This document shows, piece after piece, positions 1 to 9,108 of a stretch of DNA of 31,800 nucleotides (positions are counted from its first letter, which is position 1; every line of letters begins with the position of its first letter). The stretch is from Breznakia blatticola. Lineage in GTDB: Bacteria; Bacillota_I; Bacilli_A; Erysipelotrichales; Erysipelotrichaceae. Under the pieces are notes generated by a model. The model saw only the letters and a program-made list of their open reading frames with translations. It was not told the origin of the DNA and searched no databases. The stretch is taken from positions 1 through 31,800 of the forward strand of contig NZ_SODD01000028.1 in the NCBI RefSeq assembly GCF_004365815.1, written 5' to 3'. The position numbers and the translations under genes were made by a program.

Positions 1-147
1 TACCTTCCTTATTTTTATATGGTAATCTTACATTTCAATGTATCATCATACATGTAACAATCTAAGTTAGGTGCGCATCGGTTGAATTAAGCCAACTTTT
101 TCTCATGGTTTCATTATACTCATTCATGTTTCTTTGTCTACTTATTA

Positions 148-156
148 TGGTAAAAT
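148..156 (+). promoter_or_regulatory. Extended -10 box (TGgTAAAAT) for glpK; the ATG lies 6 nt downstream with no Shine-Dalgarno, so a leaderless mRNA is predicted
   Basis: TG at 148-149 and TAAAAT at 151-156, then aaaact, then ATG at 163. No purine-rich RBS sits between them. Confidence 0.4.
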
Positions 157-162
157 AAAACT

Positions 163-1647
163 ATGAAAAAATATATATTAGCCCTGGATTTAGGGACAAC
201 GAGTATTCGTGCAATTGTATTCGATAAGTCGAGCAACATCATTGCAAAAGAACAAAAGGAGTTTACACAGTTCTTTCCGTATAATGGATGGGTGGAACAG
301 GATGGAAAAGAAATTTGGCAAACTTTACAAACGGTAATTGCTAATTTGATGGTGAATCAACATATTGACTTAGCTGATATTGAAAGTATTGGGATTACCA
401 ACCAAAGAGAAACAACACTCATATGGGATGTAACAACTGGACTGCCAATTTATCGTGCAATTGTGTGGCAATCAATGCAAACAAACGATATCTGTGAAAC
501 TTGGAAGAAAAATGGATATGAAGAACTCGTAAAATCAAAAACTGGATTACCAATTAATCCGTATTTTAGTGCTAGTAAAATACGGTGGATTTTAGATCAC
601 GTAAAAAAGTCTTCAAAAAAACTAGAAATAAGTAACTTACGATTTGGTACAATTGATTCATGGATTTTGTGGAAACTTACAGGTGAACATAAAACAGATG
701 TATCCAATGCATCACGGACGATGCTATATAATATCTTTGATTTGTGTTGGGACAAACAGCTTTGTGAAACCTTTGGTATTGATATGCAATTATTACCTGA
801 AGTATGTGATAGTAGTTATTTGTTTGCCAAAACAAATCCAAACGTCTTCTTTCACTATGAGATACCAATTTGTGCCATAGCTGGTGATCAACAGGCAAGT
901 ATGTTTGGACATGGTTGTTTCGAACCGGGAATTGTTAAAAATACATATGGAACAGGATGTTTCTTACTTATGAATATTAAAGATAAACCATATTTGTCGC
1001 AAAATGGACTACTTACAACAATTGCATGGTCAATAGATGGTGTAGTAGACTATGCAATTGAAGGGAGTATCTTTGTTGGTGGAAGTGCAGTACAGTGGTT
1101 ACGCGATTCACTGCAGATTATAACTACATCAGTAGAAAGTGAAAGTCTTGCTAAGCAGGCAAAAGAAGATCATGGAGTATTTTTTGTACCAGCATTTGTG
1201 GGACTTGGTTCACCATACTGGGATAATGAAGCAAAAGGTACAATCTTTGGCTTAACTCGTGGAGCAGGAAAAGCTGAAATAGCACGTGCTACACTGGATA
1301 GTATTGCTTATCAAACACGAGATGTGTTAGAGGTAATTGCTGAAGAAAGTAAGCAGGAAATACATAGACTTCGTGTCGATGGGGGAGCAAGTGAAAACGA
1401 ATTGCTCATGCAATTTCAAGCGGATATCACAAATACAGATATCGATGTTGCTCATATTGGAGAAACTACAGCATTAGGTGTTGCATATTTAGCAGGACTT
1501 GCTACTGGTTTTTGGAAGAATCAACAAGAAATTTTACAATATCGACAAGTAAAGAAAAGCTATCGTGGAAAGATGTCTGAAATAAATCGCAATCAGTTAT
1601 ATCGAAAATGGAAGAAAGCAGTTGCTGCAACCATATTATTCAAATAA
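163..1647 (+). CDS. glpK: Glycerol kinase
   Basis: 494 aa. The N-terminus MKKYILALDLGTTSIRAIVF is the FGGY kinase ATPase motif. Length and overall pattern are typical of GlpK. Confidence 0.95.
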   Translation: MKKYILALDLGTTSIRAIVFDKSSNIIAKEQKEFTQFFPYNGWVEQDGKEIWQTLQTVIANLMVNQHIDLADIESIGITNQRETTLIWDVTTGLPIYRAIVWQSMQTNDICETWKKNGYEELVKSKTGLPINPYFSASKIRWILDHVKKSSKKLEISNLRFGTIDSWILWKLTGEHKTDVSNASRTMLYNIFDLCWDKQLCETFGIDMQLLPEVCDSSYLFAKTNPNVFFHYEIPICAIAGDQQASMFGHGCFEPGIVKNTYGTGCFLLMNIKDKPYLSQNGLLTTIAWSIDGVVDYAIEGSIFVGGSAVQWLRDSLQIITTSVESESLAKQAKEDHGVFFVPAFVGLGSPYWDNEAKGTIFGLTRGAGKAEIARATLDSIAYQTRDVLEVIAEESKQEIHRLRVDGGASENELLMQFQADITNTDIDVAHIGETTALGVAYLAGLATGFWKNQQEILQYRQVKKSYRGKMSEINRNQLYRKWKKAVAATILFK

Positions 1648-1650
1648 AAA

Positions 1651-1696
1651 ACAAGCCAACGCATTTGTATTTGTTATACATTGCTTGGCTTGTTTG
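1651..1696. terminator. Hairpin between the convergent glpK and corA-like genes; possible bidirectional terminator
   Basis: ACAAGCCAA (1651-1659) pairs with TTGGCTTGT (1685-1693). The flanks are A-rich and T-rich. The loop is large, at about 25 nt. Confidence 0.45.
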
Positions 1697-2605
1697 CTAT
1701 TTAAAGCGGTCAATACGATTAAACATATATGCAGCAATTCCTGATAATAGAAATGCTAATACGGTTATTATTACCCAACTGAGTTCTCCGTTGTCATCAA
1801 ATGGTAGGGGAACATTCATACCATAGAAACTAAAGATGATTGTTGGTATCGTAAGAATCAAAGAATAAATTGTCAAGAACTTCATTACTGAGTTCATCGA
1901 GTTGGAGATGATTGCAGAATATGAGTCAGTCATCTCATTCAAAATACGGTTAGAAATTGTTGCCATATCGATTCCTTGCTCAATTTCAACTGTTAAGTCA
2001 TCTAAGATTTCATCATCTTCTTCATATAACGTTAAGTATCGTCCGCTTTGAATTTTACTAATAACAATAAAATTTGATTTTAATGACATAATAAAGAAAA
2101 TCAAACTACGTTCAATACGCATCAATTCCATCAAATCTTTATTCTTTGGCGTAGTACCTAAAGATTGCTCAATTTTTACACGCATTTTATTTAAAACACG
2201 TAAGTCATTTAGGTATTGTGATGTAATTTCCAGTAACCATAACAAGACAAAACGCGTTTTTAGTTGAGGGTCTAAGGTATTACGAAAACGATCACTAAAT
2301 GCATTGCGCATATGTTCATTTGAAAAACTAGTTACAATAACACTGCTTTTTATAATAAAGCTCATTGGTCCGGAAGAATAAATTGATGTTTTTTGTTCAT
2401 CACGAAAGGGTACGTCAAAGATGATAAGAAGTGTATTCGTATCCTCATCGTAGTCAATACGTGCACTTTCGTCCTTATCCATAGAATAAGTTAAAAATTC
2501 TTCAGGTATATCATATTCTTTCTGTAATCGAATACTTTCCTCCTGATCATTAAGATGACGTTCAATCCAAGGTCTGAATTTTGCTTTTTCAGTTACTTCA
2601 TTCAT
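1697..2605 (-). CDS. CorA-family divalent cation (Mg2+/Co2+) transporter
   Basis: 302 aa. A C-terminal YGMNVPLPF (GMN signature) lies between two hydrophobic segments. AAAGGAAG RBS upstream. Confidence 0.85.
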   Translation of the reverse strand: MNEVTEKAKFRPWIERHLNDQEESIRLQKEYDIPEEFLTYSMDKDESARIDYDEDTNTLLIIFDVPFRDEQKTSIYSSGPMSFIIKSSVIVTSFSNEHMRNAFSDRFRNTLDPQLKTRFVLLWLLEITSQYLNDLRVLNKMRVKIEQSLGTTPKNKDLMELMRIERSLIFFIMSLKSNFIVISKIQSGRYLTLYEEDDEILDDLTVEIEQGIDMATISNRILNEMTDSYSAIISNSMNSVMKFLTIYSLILTIPTIIFSFYGMNVPLPFDDNGELSWVIITVLAFLLSGIAAYMFNRIDRFK

Positions 2606-2661
2606 CTAATCACTTCCTTTCATGTCCATGTACTATTCTACCATGTTTTCAAGGAAATACT

Positions 2662-2685
2662 AAAAAAACGAGCATTGCTCGTTTT
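2662..2685 (-). terminator. Intrinsic terminator of the aldolase gene
   Basis: ACGAGC/GCTCGT stem, followed on the minus strand by a T7 run (A-run 2662-2668 on the plus strand). Confidence 0.6.
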
Positions 2686-2692
2686 GTAGTAT

Positions 2693-3580
2693 TTATGTAA
2701 TTGATGCTTGATAGATAGAGTCAATTGCATTTTTAAGCATATTATCAAATTCTTGATTGCTTTGGTTTGCATTTAGACCTTCGCTTAATGCTCTTGAGAA
2801 ACTTGCGATTAGTCCATGGTTTCTAGCAAGACGTTCATTTGCTTCTTCGCGAGAATATCCACCAGACAAGGCAACAACACGTACAACGTGAAGTTCATGC
2901 ATCAAGTCTTCGTAGAAATTATCAACAGTTGGAATCGATAGTTTAAATATAACTTTATCTTTTGGATCTAATGCTTCTAAGTGTTTCATGATTGATTCTT
3001 TGAGCATTGCTTCTGCTTCTTGTTTGTCAGGAATGTGAATATCAACTTCAGGTTCTAAAATAGGAACCAAACCATAACTGATGATTTTTAATCCGTATTC
3101 AAATTGTTGTTTCACAATTTCTTCAATACCTTCTTTATTTGCCGCTTTAATAACCGAACGCATTTTTGTACCAAAGATATGACGTTCTTTTGCACGCGTC
3201 AACAAGTCATCGATTCCTACAATTGGTTTCATCAATTGTACGCCGTTCTTTTCTTCTTGTAATCCTTGGTCAACTTTTAAGAAAGGGATGATTCCTTTCA
3301 CTTCCCAAAGATAATCTGCTGTAAAGCGATCATCAATTTTTCGGTCCATCGTGTTTTCGAATAAGATGGCTCCAAGAATTTTGCTAGAATTAAATGATGG
3401 TGATGTAATAATTCTTGTACGCATTTCGTGTACTAGGGCAAACATTTCATCATCATTGTGAAATGCATCTTGCGATATTCCGTATGCTTTTAATGCTTTT
3501 GGAGTACTTCCTCCAGATTGGTCAAGAGCAGCGATAAAGCCTTTTTCGTGCTCCATACGATCGAATTGTACTTGGTTCAT
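2693..3580 (-). CDS. fda: Class I fructose-bisphosphate aldolase
   Basis: The [21 protein letters not shown] motif is typical of Gram-positive class I FBA. The start was moved from the ORF-track TTG (3598) to the ATG at 3580, which is preceded by GAAGGAGG and an 8-nt spacer. Confidence 0.9.
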   Translation of the reverse strand: MNQVQFDRMEHEKGFIAALDQSGGSTPKALKAYGISQDAFHNDDEMFALVHEMRTRIITSPSFNSSKILGAILFENTMDRKIDDRFTADYLWEVKGIIPFLKVDQGLQEEKNGVQLMKPIVGIDDLLTRAKERHIFGTKMRSVIKAANKEGIEEIVKQQFEYGLKIISYGLVPILEPEVDIHIPDKQEAEAMLKESIMKHLEALDPKDKVIFKLSIPTVDNFYEDLMHELHVVRVVALSGGYSREEANERLARNHGLIASFSRALSEGLNANQSNQEFDNMLKNAIDSIYQASIT

Positions 3581-3643
3581 AAATAGTACCTCCTTCAATT
3601 GTGATTATAACACTATGATTAATTTATGAAATTGAGACGATTG

Positions 3644-3666
3644 AAAAAAGAGCGATACGCTCTTTT
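3644..3666 (-). terminator. Intrinsic terminator of the SDR gene
   Basis: AGAGCG-ATA-CGCTCT hairpin followed by T6 on the minus strand. Confidence 0.65.
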
Positions 3667-3669
3667 GGG

Positions 3670-4437
3670 TTAAACGATGTTCATTCCACCATCAACAATT
3701 ACAAATTGTCCGGTTACATAACTTGAGGCATCACTAGAGAAATATAAGATAGTTCCATTTAGCTCACCACGTTTACCAGGACGATTCATTGGGTTTAATG
3801 AATTATACATTGTTAAGAATTCATCTGATTTGAATAATGTGTTTTCGGTCATTTCACTTTCAAATAAACCAGGACCGATGGCATTTACAGTAATATTATA
3901 TTTTCCATAACTTGCAGCCATACCTTTTGTTAGTCCAAGGACTGCAGCCTTACTTGCATTATATCCATGACGAATAAATGTATCGGATTTATCGGCAATC
4001 ACTGCATTGATTGATGCGATATTTACGATTTTTCCATATTGTTGCTTCATCATTTCTTTAACAACGTATTTACTAACTAGGAAAATACCTTTTACGTTTA
4101 CATCCATACTTTTATCCCAATCTTCTACGCTTAAAGAATCAACTCCACCACGAACTGCAACTCCTGCATTATTTAATAGGATGTCTAAGTGTCCGTAATG
4201 TTTTGCAGCCTGTTCAATAGCTTCTTTTACCATATCTTCATTAGTAACATCTACTTGGTATGTGACTGCATCCACTCCGAGCGCTTTTGCTTCTTTAGCG
4301 ACTTCATCTAATTTTTCTTTTCTTCTCGCAAGTAATACTAAGTTTGCACCTGCTTTCGCATATGCTAGGGCAGCATCTTTACCTAAGCCACTACTAGCTC
4401 CAGTAACAACTGCTACTTTTCCGTTTAATTCAAACAT
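3670..4437 (-). CDS. Short-chain dehydrogenase/reductase (SDR) family oxidoreductase
   Basis: 255 aa. TGASSGLGK cofactor motif, NNAG, and the catalytic YNASKAAV (YxxxK). AAGGAGGA RBS. Confidence 0.85.
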   Translation of the reverse strand: MFELNGKVAVVTGASSGLGKDAALAYAKAGANLVLLARRKEKLDEVAKEAKALGVDAVTYQVDVTNEDMVKEAIEQAAKHYGHLDILLNNAGVAVRGGVDSLSVEDWDKSMDVNVKGIFLVSKYVVKEMMKQQYGKIVNIASINAVIADKSDTFIRHGYNASKAAVLGLTKGMAASYGKYNITVNAIGPGLFESEMTENTLFKSDEFLTMYNSLNPMNRPGKRGELNGTILYFSSDASSYVTGQFVIVDGGMNIV

Positions 4438-4606
4438 ATTAAGTCCTCCTTACTGTTGCATGTAAGCAACTTGTTCACTTATATTAAACACGCTAAATCA
4501 TAACTATACAAACGTTATGCCTGTAAAATTAGTTTTGGGTAACTTTGTGTAGCGGATATGTAAAGTCATTTTGTTTCAAGATGTTGTAAATTTCAATGAA
4601 AAACAC

Positions 4607-4635
4607 TTGCATTATTTCAATAGTGATTGTATATT
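4607..4635 (+). promoter_or_regulatory. Sigma-A-type promoter of the T-box leader and ABC operon
   Basis: TTGCAT (4607-4612), a 17-bp spacer, then TATATT (4630-4635) preceded by TG. Confidence 0.5.
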
Positions 4636-4649
4636 ATACAAAAGTAATG

Positions 4650-4866
4650 ATTAGGAGTAGTATGTTATTCGAACTTTTTAGAGACTGATTGGTTGGTGAA
4701 AAATCAGAAGAGAGAATTTCAGAACGTGACTATGAACTCATACTTCGATAGTAATGGAGGGGTATGCGCAAGCTTAGCGTTATAAGTGAGAGCCAATATA
4801 ATCGATATTGGAAATAAGGTGGTACCGCGTTTTAACGTCCTTTAGATGAGGACGTTTTTATTTTTA
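4650..4866 (+). promoter_or_regulatory. T-box riboswitch leader (tRNA-sensing transcription attenuator); probable specifier CUC (Leu)
   Basis: Conserved T-box sequence AAGGTGGTACCGCG at 4816-4829. Terminator AACGTCC/GGACGTT with a T-run at 4834-4866. Stem I elements are GAGTAGTA (S-turn, 4655-4662), AGAGA (4680-4684) and the distal loop TTGGTGAAA (4693-4701). The specifier-loop candidate is GAA-CUC-A at 4734-4740, closed by GGAGTA (4654-4659) pairing with TACTTC (4741-4746). Confidence 0.85.
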
Positions 4867-4879
4867 TTGGAGGAACGTT

Positions 4880-5536
4880 ATGAATTTTGATATTAGTATT
4901 ATTGAACAGTATGGTCCATTAATCCTTAGTGGATTACCGATGGTTTTGTTTATTTCATTTGTGTCGGCAGTCTTTGGGTTTTTGATTGGACTTCTTGCAG
5001 TATTTCTTAGAGGCAGAAATAAAGTGCTCAAAACAATTGTAAATGGATATATCGATTTGATTCGTGGTACTCCAGTATATGTACAATTGATCTTTTTCTA
5101 CCTAGGATTGCCTGGATTATTCCCAGGATTTAATCCGCCTGAAGTATTGAGTTGTATTATTGTATTCTCTATTAACTCAGGAGCATACTTAAGTGAAATC
5201 TTACGTGCTGGAGTTGAAGGGATTGATCGTGGACAGATTGAAGCTGCTAGAGCGCTTGGTGTAAGTAAAAGTGATATTGCTAGACATATTATTTTCCCAC
5301 TTGCATTACGGAATGTTTTACCAGCAGTTATGAATGAGTTTATTACACTAACAAAAGAAACTTCAATTGTTTCAGTCATTGGAGTTGCAGATATGATGTA
5401 TCGATACAATAATGTATCTGCATCAACATATTCTACATTTGAACCATTATTAGTGATATTCATTGCATATTATATTTTAAATGTAATCCTGTCACAAATT
5501 GGTCGATTTATAGAAAGGAAGTTATCGTATGCTTAA
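4880..5536 (+). CDS. Amino-acid ABC transporter permease (His/Glu/Gln/Arg/opine family)
   Basis: 218 aa with multiple TM segments. The EAA-like loop [23 protein letters not shown] is typical of polar amino-acid permeases. Confidence 0.9.
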   Translation: MNFDISIIEQYGPLILSGLPMVLFISFVSAVFGFLIGLLAVFLRGRNKVLKTIVNGYIDLIRGTPVYVQLIFFYLGLPGLFPGFNPPEVLSCIIVFSINSGAYLSEILRAGVEGIDRGQIEAARALGVSKSDIARHIIFPLALRNVLPAVMNEFITLTKETSIVSVIGVADMMYRYNNVSASTYSTFEPLLVIFIAYYILNVILSQIGRFIERKLSYA

Positions 5537-6254
5537 AGTAGAGCATTTATATAAAGAATACAACGAACAAGTGAAAGTTCTATTTGATGTAAATTTCACA
5601 TTTGAAGATGGAAAAACCTATGCGATTATTGGATCTAGTGGTGGAGGTAAGAGTACATTTATTCGTTGTTTAAATATGTTGGAAGTGCCAACAACCGGAA
5701 GTATTGAATTAGATGGAGTCAAAGTAAATGATCCAAAAACAAATTTAGAAGAAGTTCGTACGAAAATGGGAATGGTGTTTCAAAACTTTAATTTATTTGA
5801 ACATATGAATGCCCTTGATAACGTTACGTTTGCACTTCGAAAAGTTAGGAAAATGAGCAAAGAAGATGCGGAAAAAAAAGGAAAAGAATTGTTGCAACAA
5901 GTTGGACTTGGACATCGCTACGATTCATATCCACATCAAATGAGTGGTGGGGAAAAACAACGTTGTGCAATTGCTCGTGCATTAGCAATGGACCCAGAGG
6001 TATTGTTGTTTGATGAACCAACAAGTGCACTTGACCCAGAAATGACAAGCGAAGTATTAAAAGTGTTACAAAGTTTATCGCATAAAGGAATGACGATGAT
6101 TGTCGTTACACATGAAATGAACTTTGCTAAAGAAGTAGCTGATGAAGTTATCTACATGGATAAAGGAAAGATTGTAGAACATTCACCAGCAAAGGAATTC
6201 TTTGAGCATCCAAAAACAGAGAGAGCACAGGAATTCTTAGCAAATATGATTTAA
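5529..6254 (+). CDS. Amino-acid ABC transporter ATP-binding protein
   Basis: Walker [10 protein letters not shown], signature MSGGEKQR, Walker [12 protein letters not shown]. Overlaps the permease stop by 8 nt. Confidence 0.93.
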   Translation: MLKVEHLYKEYNEQVKVLFDVNFTFEDGKTYAIIGSSGGGKSTFIRCLNMLEVPTTGSIELDGVKVNDPKTNLEEVRTKMGMVFQNFNLFEHMNALDNVTFALRKVRKMSKEDAEKKGKELLQQVGLGHRYDSYPHQMSGGEKQRCAIARALAMDPEVLLFDEPTSALDPEMTSEVLKVLQSLSHKGMTMIVVTHEMNFAKEVADEVIYMDKGKIVEHSPAKEFFEHPKTERAQEFLANMI

Positions 6255-6272
6255 ATTAAATTGGGAGGAAAG

Positions 6273-7040
6273 ATGATGAAAAAGGTATTAGGATTATTTT
6301 TAGTTATTGGTTTACTTGTAAGTGGTTGTGGTGGTTCTGGTGATACAAAAGATGGAGCTGACAAAGACAAATTGACAGTCTTAACAAACGCAGGTTACCC
6401 GCCATATGAAATGACTGATGAAAATGGAGATCTTTATGGATTCGATATTGATGTGATGACTGAAGCTGCAAAAATTATGAAAGTCGATATTGAATGGAAA
6501 AATGTTGACTTCGATGCAATTCCAGAAATGGTACGTCAAGGAAAAGGAGATGTAGCAATTGCTGGTATTACACCAAATGCTGAACGTGCAAAGAAAGTAG
6601 ATTTCTCCGAGTTATATTACACATCTGATGATATGAAAAATGTTGTTCTAGTAAAAGAAGACAGTTCAATTCAAACAGAAGAAGATATTAAAGGAAAATC
6701 AATTGGAATTCAAATTGGGACAGTTCAACAATTAATCATGGAAGGTATGGAAGATTCGTATGATCTATCATTTAAGAAATTAAAAAGTTATGCTTCTTTA
6801 GTTCAAGAGTTGAACAAAGGTGTAATTGATGCGATGGTTGTTGAAAAAGCAGTTGCTGATGGATTGATGGAAGGAAATGATGGGTTACGTTATTTCTACA
6901 TGGAAAGCGGAGATGAATTAACAGGGAATGCAATGATTTTCGCTAAAGATTCTGCATTAAAAGAAAAATTTGATAATGCAATTAATGAAATGAAAGAAAA
7001 CGGTACATTAGATAAATTAATCGAAAAGTGGTTTGAATAG
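6273..7040 (+). CDS. Amino-acid ABC transporter substrate-binding lipoprotein
   Basis: Signal peptide with lipobox LVSGC. Type 3 SBP pattern (GFDIDV..., AIAGIT). The start is set at ATG 6273, after the GGGAGGAA RBS, rather than at the TTG at 6261. Confidence 0.85.
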   Translation: MMKKVLGLFLVIGLLVSGCGGSGDTKDGADKDKLTVLTNAGYPPYEMTDENGDLYGFDIDVMTEAAKIMKVDIEWKNVDFDAIPEMVRQGKGDVAIAGITPNAERAKKVDFSELYYTSDDMKNVVLVKEDSSIQTEEDIKGKSIGIQIGTVQQLIMEGMEDSYDLSFKKLKSYASLVQELNKGVIDAMVVEKAVADGLMEGNDGLRYFYMESGDELTGNAMIFAKDSALKEKFDNAINEMKENGTLDKLIEKWFE

Positions 7041-7106
7041 TTTACAACTTTATACATGCTCTTAAATCTATGGTATAGTATAGAAAAGAGACGGGGTGTA
7101 GAGTAT

Positions 7107-7382
7107 ATGGAAGAACAAAAGCAAATAACAAATTATGACAATCTAGAATTATTAGATATGAATCCTAAAGAGACAAAAAGTAAGTTGGCAAATATTGAAT
7201 TAAGTGAAGATACACTTGTTCGTGCGAGTTTACTTGGGGCAGGTGCTCTACTTGTAGTAGGTGGTGCATTACTGCATAAGAAATACCCAGTAGTTGGAGG
7301 TATTTCTATTGCTAGTGGATTAGGATGTGTTGCAACTGAAGTTGCACGTACTGTCATTAAGAAGCAGGAACACAAAGAATAA
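7107..7382 (+). CDS. Small hypothetical membrane protein (91 aa)
   Basis: An ORF with a Gly/Ala-rich hydrophobic core (LLGAGALLVVGGALL, GGISIASGLGCVA). No family recognised. The start was chosen at the internal ATG, and the RBS is weak. Confidence 0.45.
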   Translation: MEEQKQITNYDNLELLDMNPKETKSKLANIELSEDTLVRASLLGAGALLVVGGALLHKKYPVVGGISIASGLGCVATEVARTVIKKQEHKE

Positions 7383-7482
7383 AGTGTTTCTGCTTTTTCT
7401 TTTAGGCATTGCTCATAAAAATGTGTATAATGATAATGTGTCACTACAACGTGTAGAATATATTAATTTTTAAGGAGTTTGT

Positions 7483-8253
7483 ATGAGACCTGAAATCGTG
7501 TTGAAAGCTGGTTCGCTAGCTGGAAAAATATTATTGGAAAATGGAGCTGAGACATATCGAGTAGAAGAAACAGTTACTCGTATTTGTGAGTCATTTAATG
7601 CGGAGGACGCAAATGCGTTTGCTACTCCGACGGGATTATTTGTGTCATTTGAATACGAAGAAGAAACCTATGTAAAGGTACTTAGGATAAAACAAAATGC
7701 TATGGATCTTGAACGTATCCATTTGGTCAACGATATTTCAAGAAAGTGCGTAATAAAAGAACTTGATGAAGTACAAGCGCTTAGTGCTTTACGAAGTGCG
7801 TCGATGATTGAAGGATATAAAAATATATGGAAGATTATCAGTGCTGGTTTTGCTGCAATGTTTTTTACATTTCTTTTTGAAGGAAATCTATTTGACGGAA
7901 TCGCTGCAGGTCTTGTTGGTGGTGTAGTACAAGTAATTCGAATGGAGTTGGAAAAGCTGAAACTTAACTCTATTGTAAATATTATTGTATTATCAGCAAT
8001 TCTAACTATATTGGTTTTGTTGCTTACCTATATTGGTTTTGTTGATCATCGAGATATCACAATTAGTGGGGCAATTATGTTACTTGTGCCAGGAGTTGCT
8101 ATCACCAACGCAGTTAGAGATTGGATATCAGGTGATTATATGTCAGGTGCAACCAGAGCAATAGAAGCTGTATTGATTGCTATCGGGTTAGCTGTGGGCG
8201 CAGGGCTCATTTTAAGCCTCTGGATGAATTTTATTGGAGGTGGAGTATTATGA
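7483..8253 (+). CDS. Threonine/serine exporter family protein, ThrE-type N-terminal module (DUF1212-like)
   Basis: 256 aa. The start LLENGAETYRVEETV is typical of ThrE/YjjP-like proteins, and the C-terminal half is multi-TM. AAGGAG RBS. Confidence 0.8.
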   Translation: MRPEIVLKAGSLAGKILLENGAETYRVEETVTRICESFNAEDANAFATPTGLFVSFEYEEETYVKVLRIKQNAMDLERIHLVNDISRKCVIKELDEVQALSALRSASMIEGYKNIWKIISAGFAAMFFTFLFEGNLFDGIAAGLVGGVVQVIRMELEKLKLNSIVNIIVLSAILTILVLLLTYIGFVDHRDITISGAIMLLVPGVAITNAVRDWISGDYMSGATRAIEAVLIAIGLAVGAGLILSLWMNFIGGGVL

Positions 8254-8714
8254 TTCTATCTCTTGTAAAAATCGCTAGTGCTGCGCTTTCTTCGTTTTTC
8301 TTCGGGGTGTTGTTTAATATAAAAAAAGAGAATCTAGTATATGGTGGTATTGGTGGTGCTATTGGTATGTTAATTTATGAACTATGTAAATTTGGTCAGT
8401 TTAGTTCAGCATCGTCTATGTTTCTTGCTGCTGTAGGATTTGCAACATATTCAGAAATTATGGCACGTGTACGTAAAACCACAGTAACGACTTTTGTGAT
8501 TAGTTCATTGATTCCACTGGTTCCTGGTGGTGGAATGTACGAAACGATGCTATATGTCGTTAATAATCGTTTAGATGAAGCATTAAGTACCGGACTTGAT
8601 ACACTAATCAAGGCAAGTATGCTTGCATTAGGGATGTTGTTTGTTTCAAGTTTCTCCCGTGTAATCAAAATTAGAAAAAGTAAAATAGAACAAAAAAGAA
8701 CTTCTACCTTGTAA
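8250..8714 (+). CDS. Threonine/serine exporter family protein, second module (DUF3815-like)
   Basis: 154 aa hydrophobic protein. An ATGA start/stop overlap with the preceding gene gives the usual two-gene ThrE arrangement. Confidence 0.75.
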   Translation: MILSLVKIASAALSSFFFGVLFNIKKENLVYGGIGGAIGMLIYELCKFGQFSSASSMFLAAVGFATYSEIMARVRKTTVTTFVISSLIPLVPGGGMYETMLYVVNNRLDEALSTGLDTLIKASMLALGMLFVSSFSRVIKIRKSKIEQKRTSTL

Positions 8715-8717
8715 GTG

Positions 8718-8743
8718 ACAAGAATGAAGTTCTTTGTTTTTTT
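8718..8743 (+). terminator. Intrinsic terminator after the exporter pair
   Basis: ACAAGAA/TTCTTTGT stem (one bulge) followed by T7. Confidence 0.6.
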
Positions 8744-9108
8744 ATAAGCGATTGAATTGTTCTTTTGTAACAGGAACATTTTTATGAACTTTTGAATCGA
8801 GTAATATTTTGGTAATTAAGCAAAGTAGTAGAATAAGTAAATTACATTCACTCGATTTGAAGTGCGATACCATTTACACTTCATGTAAAGTAAAGGGTTA
8901 TAAACCATTTGTTGGAGATAGAATCATGGTTACCAATTACTTTAACGTTACAAAAGAACGTTTCAATCTAATGAGTTGCAAAAGAGAAAGATTAGAAATT
9001 TTTAACATCTCATTAGTATAATAATAAACTTAAAAACATAATATGTAAATAAGTTATATTGCATTATATAACATAAAGTATGACGGTATATTAAATAATG
9101 TATCCGTT

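Noticed and set aside
644-898. ORFs 644..880 (+) and 677..898 (-) inside glpK
   Set aside because: Both are fully nested in, or antisense to, the well-supported glycerol kinase frame. They are low-complexity shadow ORFs with no RBS.
4722-4727. Alternative T-box specifier GAA-CGU (Arg)
   Set aside because: In my hand fold this triplet sits inside the upper Stem I helix region (the UUCGAA/UUCAGAA pairing and its flank), not in the internal specifier loop. It is followed by G-A and not by a loop-closing helix. CUC at 4737-4739 fits the canonical geometry better. This is not fully excluded without a covariance-model alignment.
5098-5463. Antisense ORF (121 aa) within the ABC permease gene. The same class includes 4007..4198, 4262..4465, 5845..6048, 7133..7444, 8396..8779, 12144..12431, 12976..13194, 13149..13541, 14022..14315, 14658..14927, 15068..15529, 16640..16978, 17086..17268, 18399..18617, 21908..22099, 23199..23939, 25315..25527, 25589..25780, 25960..26166, 26369..26632, 27668..27967, 28173..28412 and 30205..30414.
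   Set aside because: All of them overlap stronger, motif-supported genes on the opposite strand or in another frame. They lack RBSs and recognisable motifs, which is typical of chance ORFs in AT-rich DNA.
8809-9021. 70-aa ORF from the track
   Set aside because: It has a TTG start with no RBS and no recognisable motif. Only the internal 31-codon version has an RBS, and that is reported as a low-interest finding and not as a gene.
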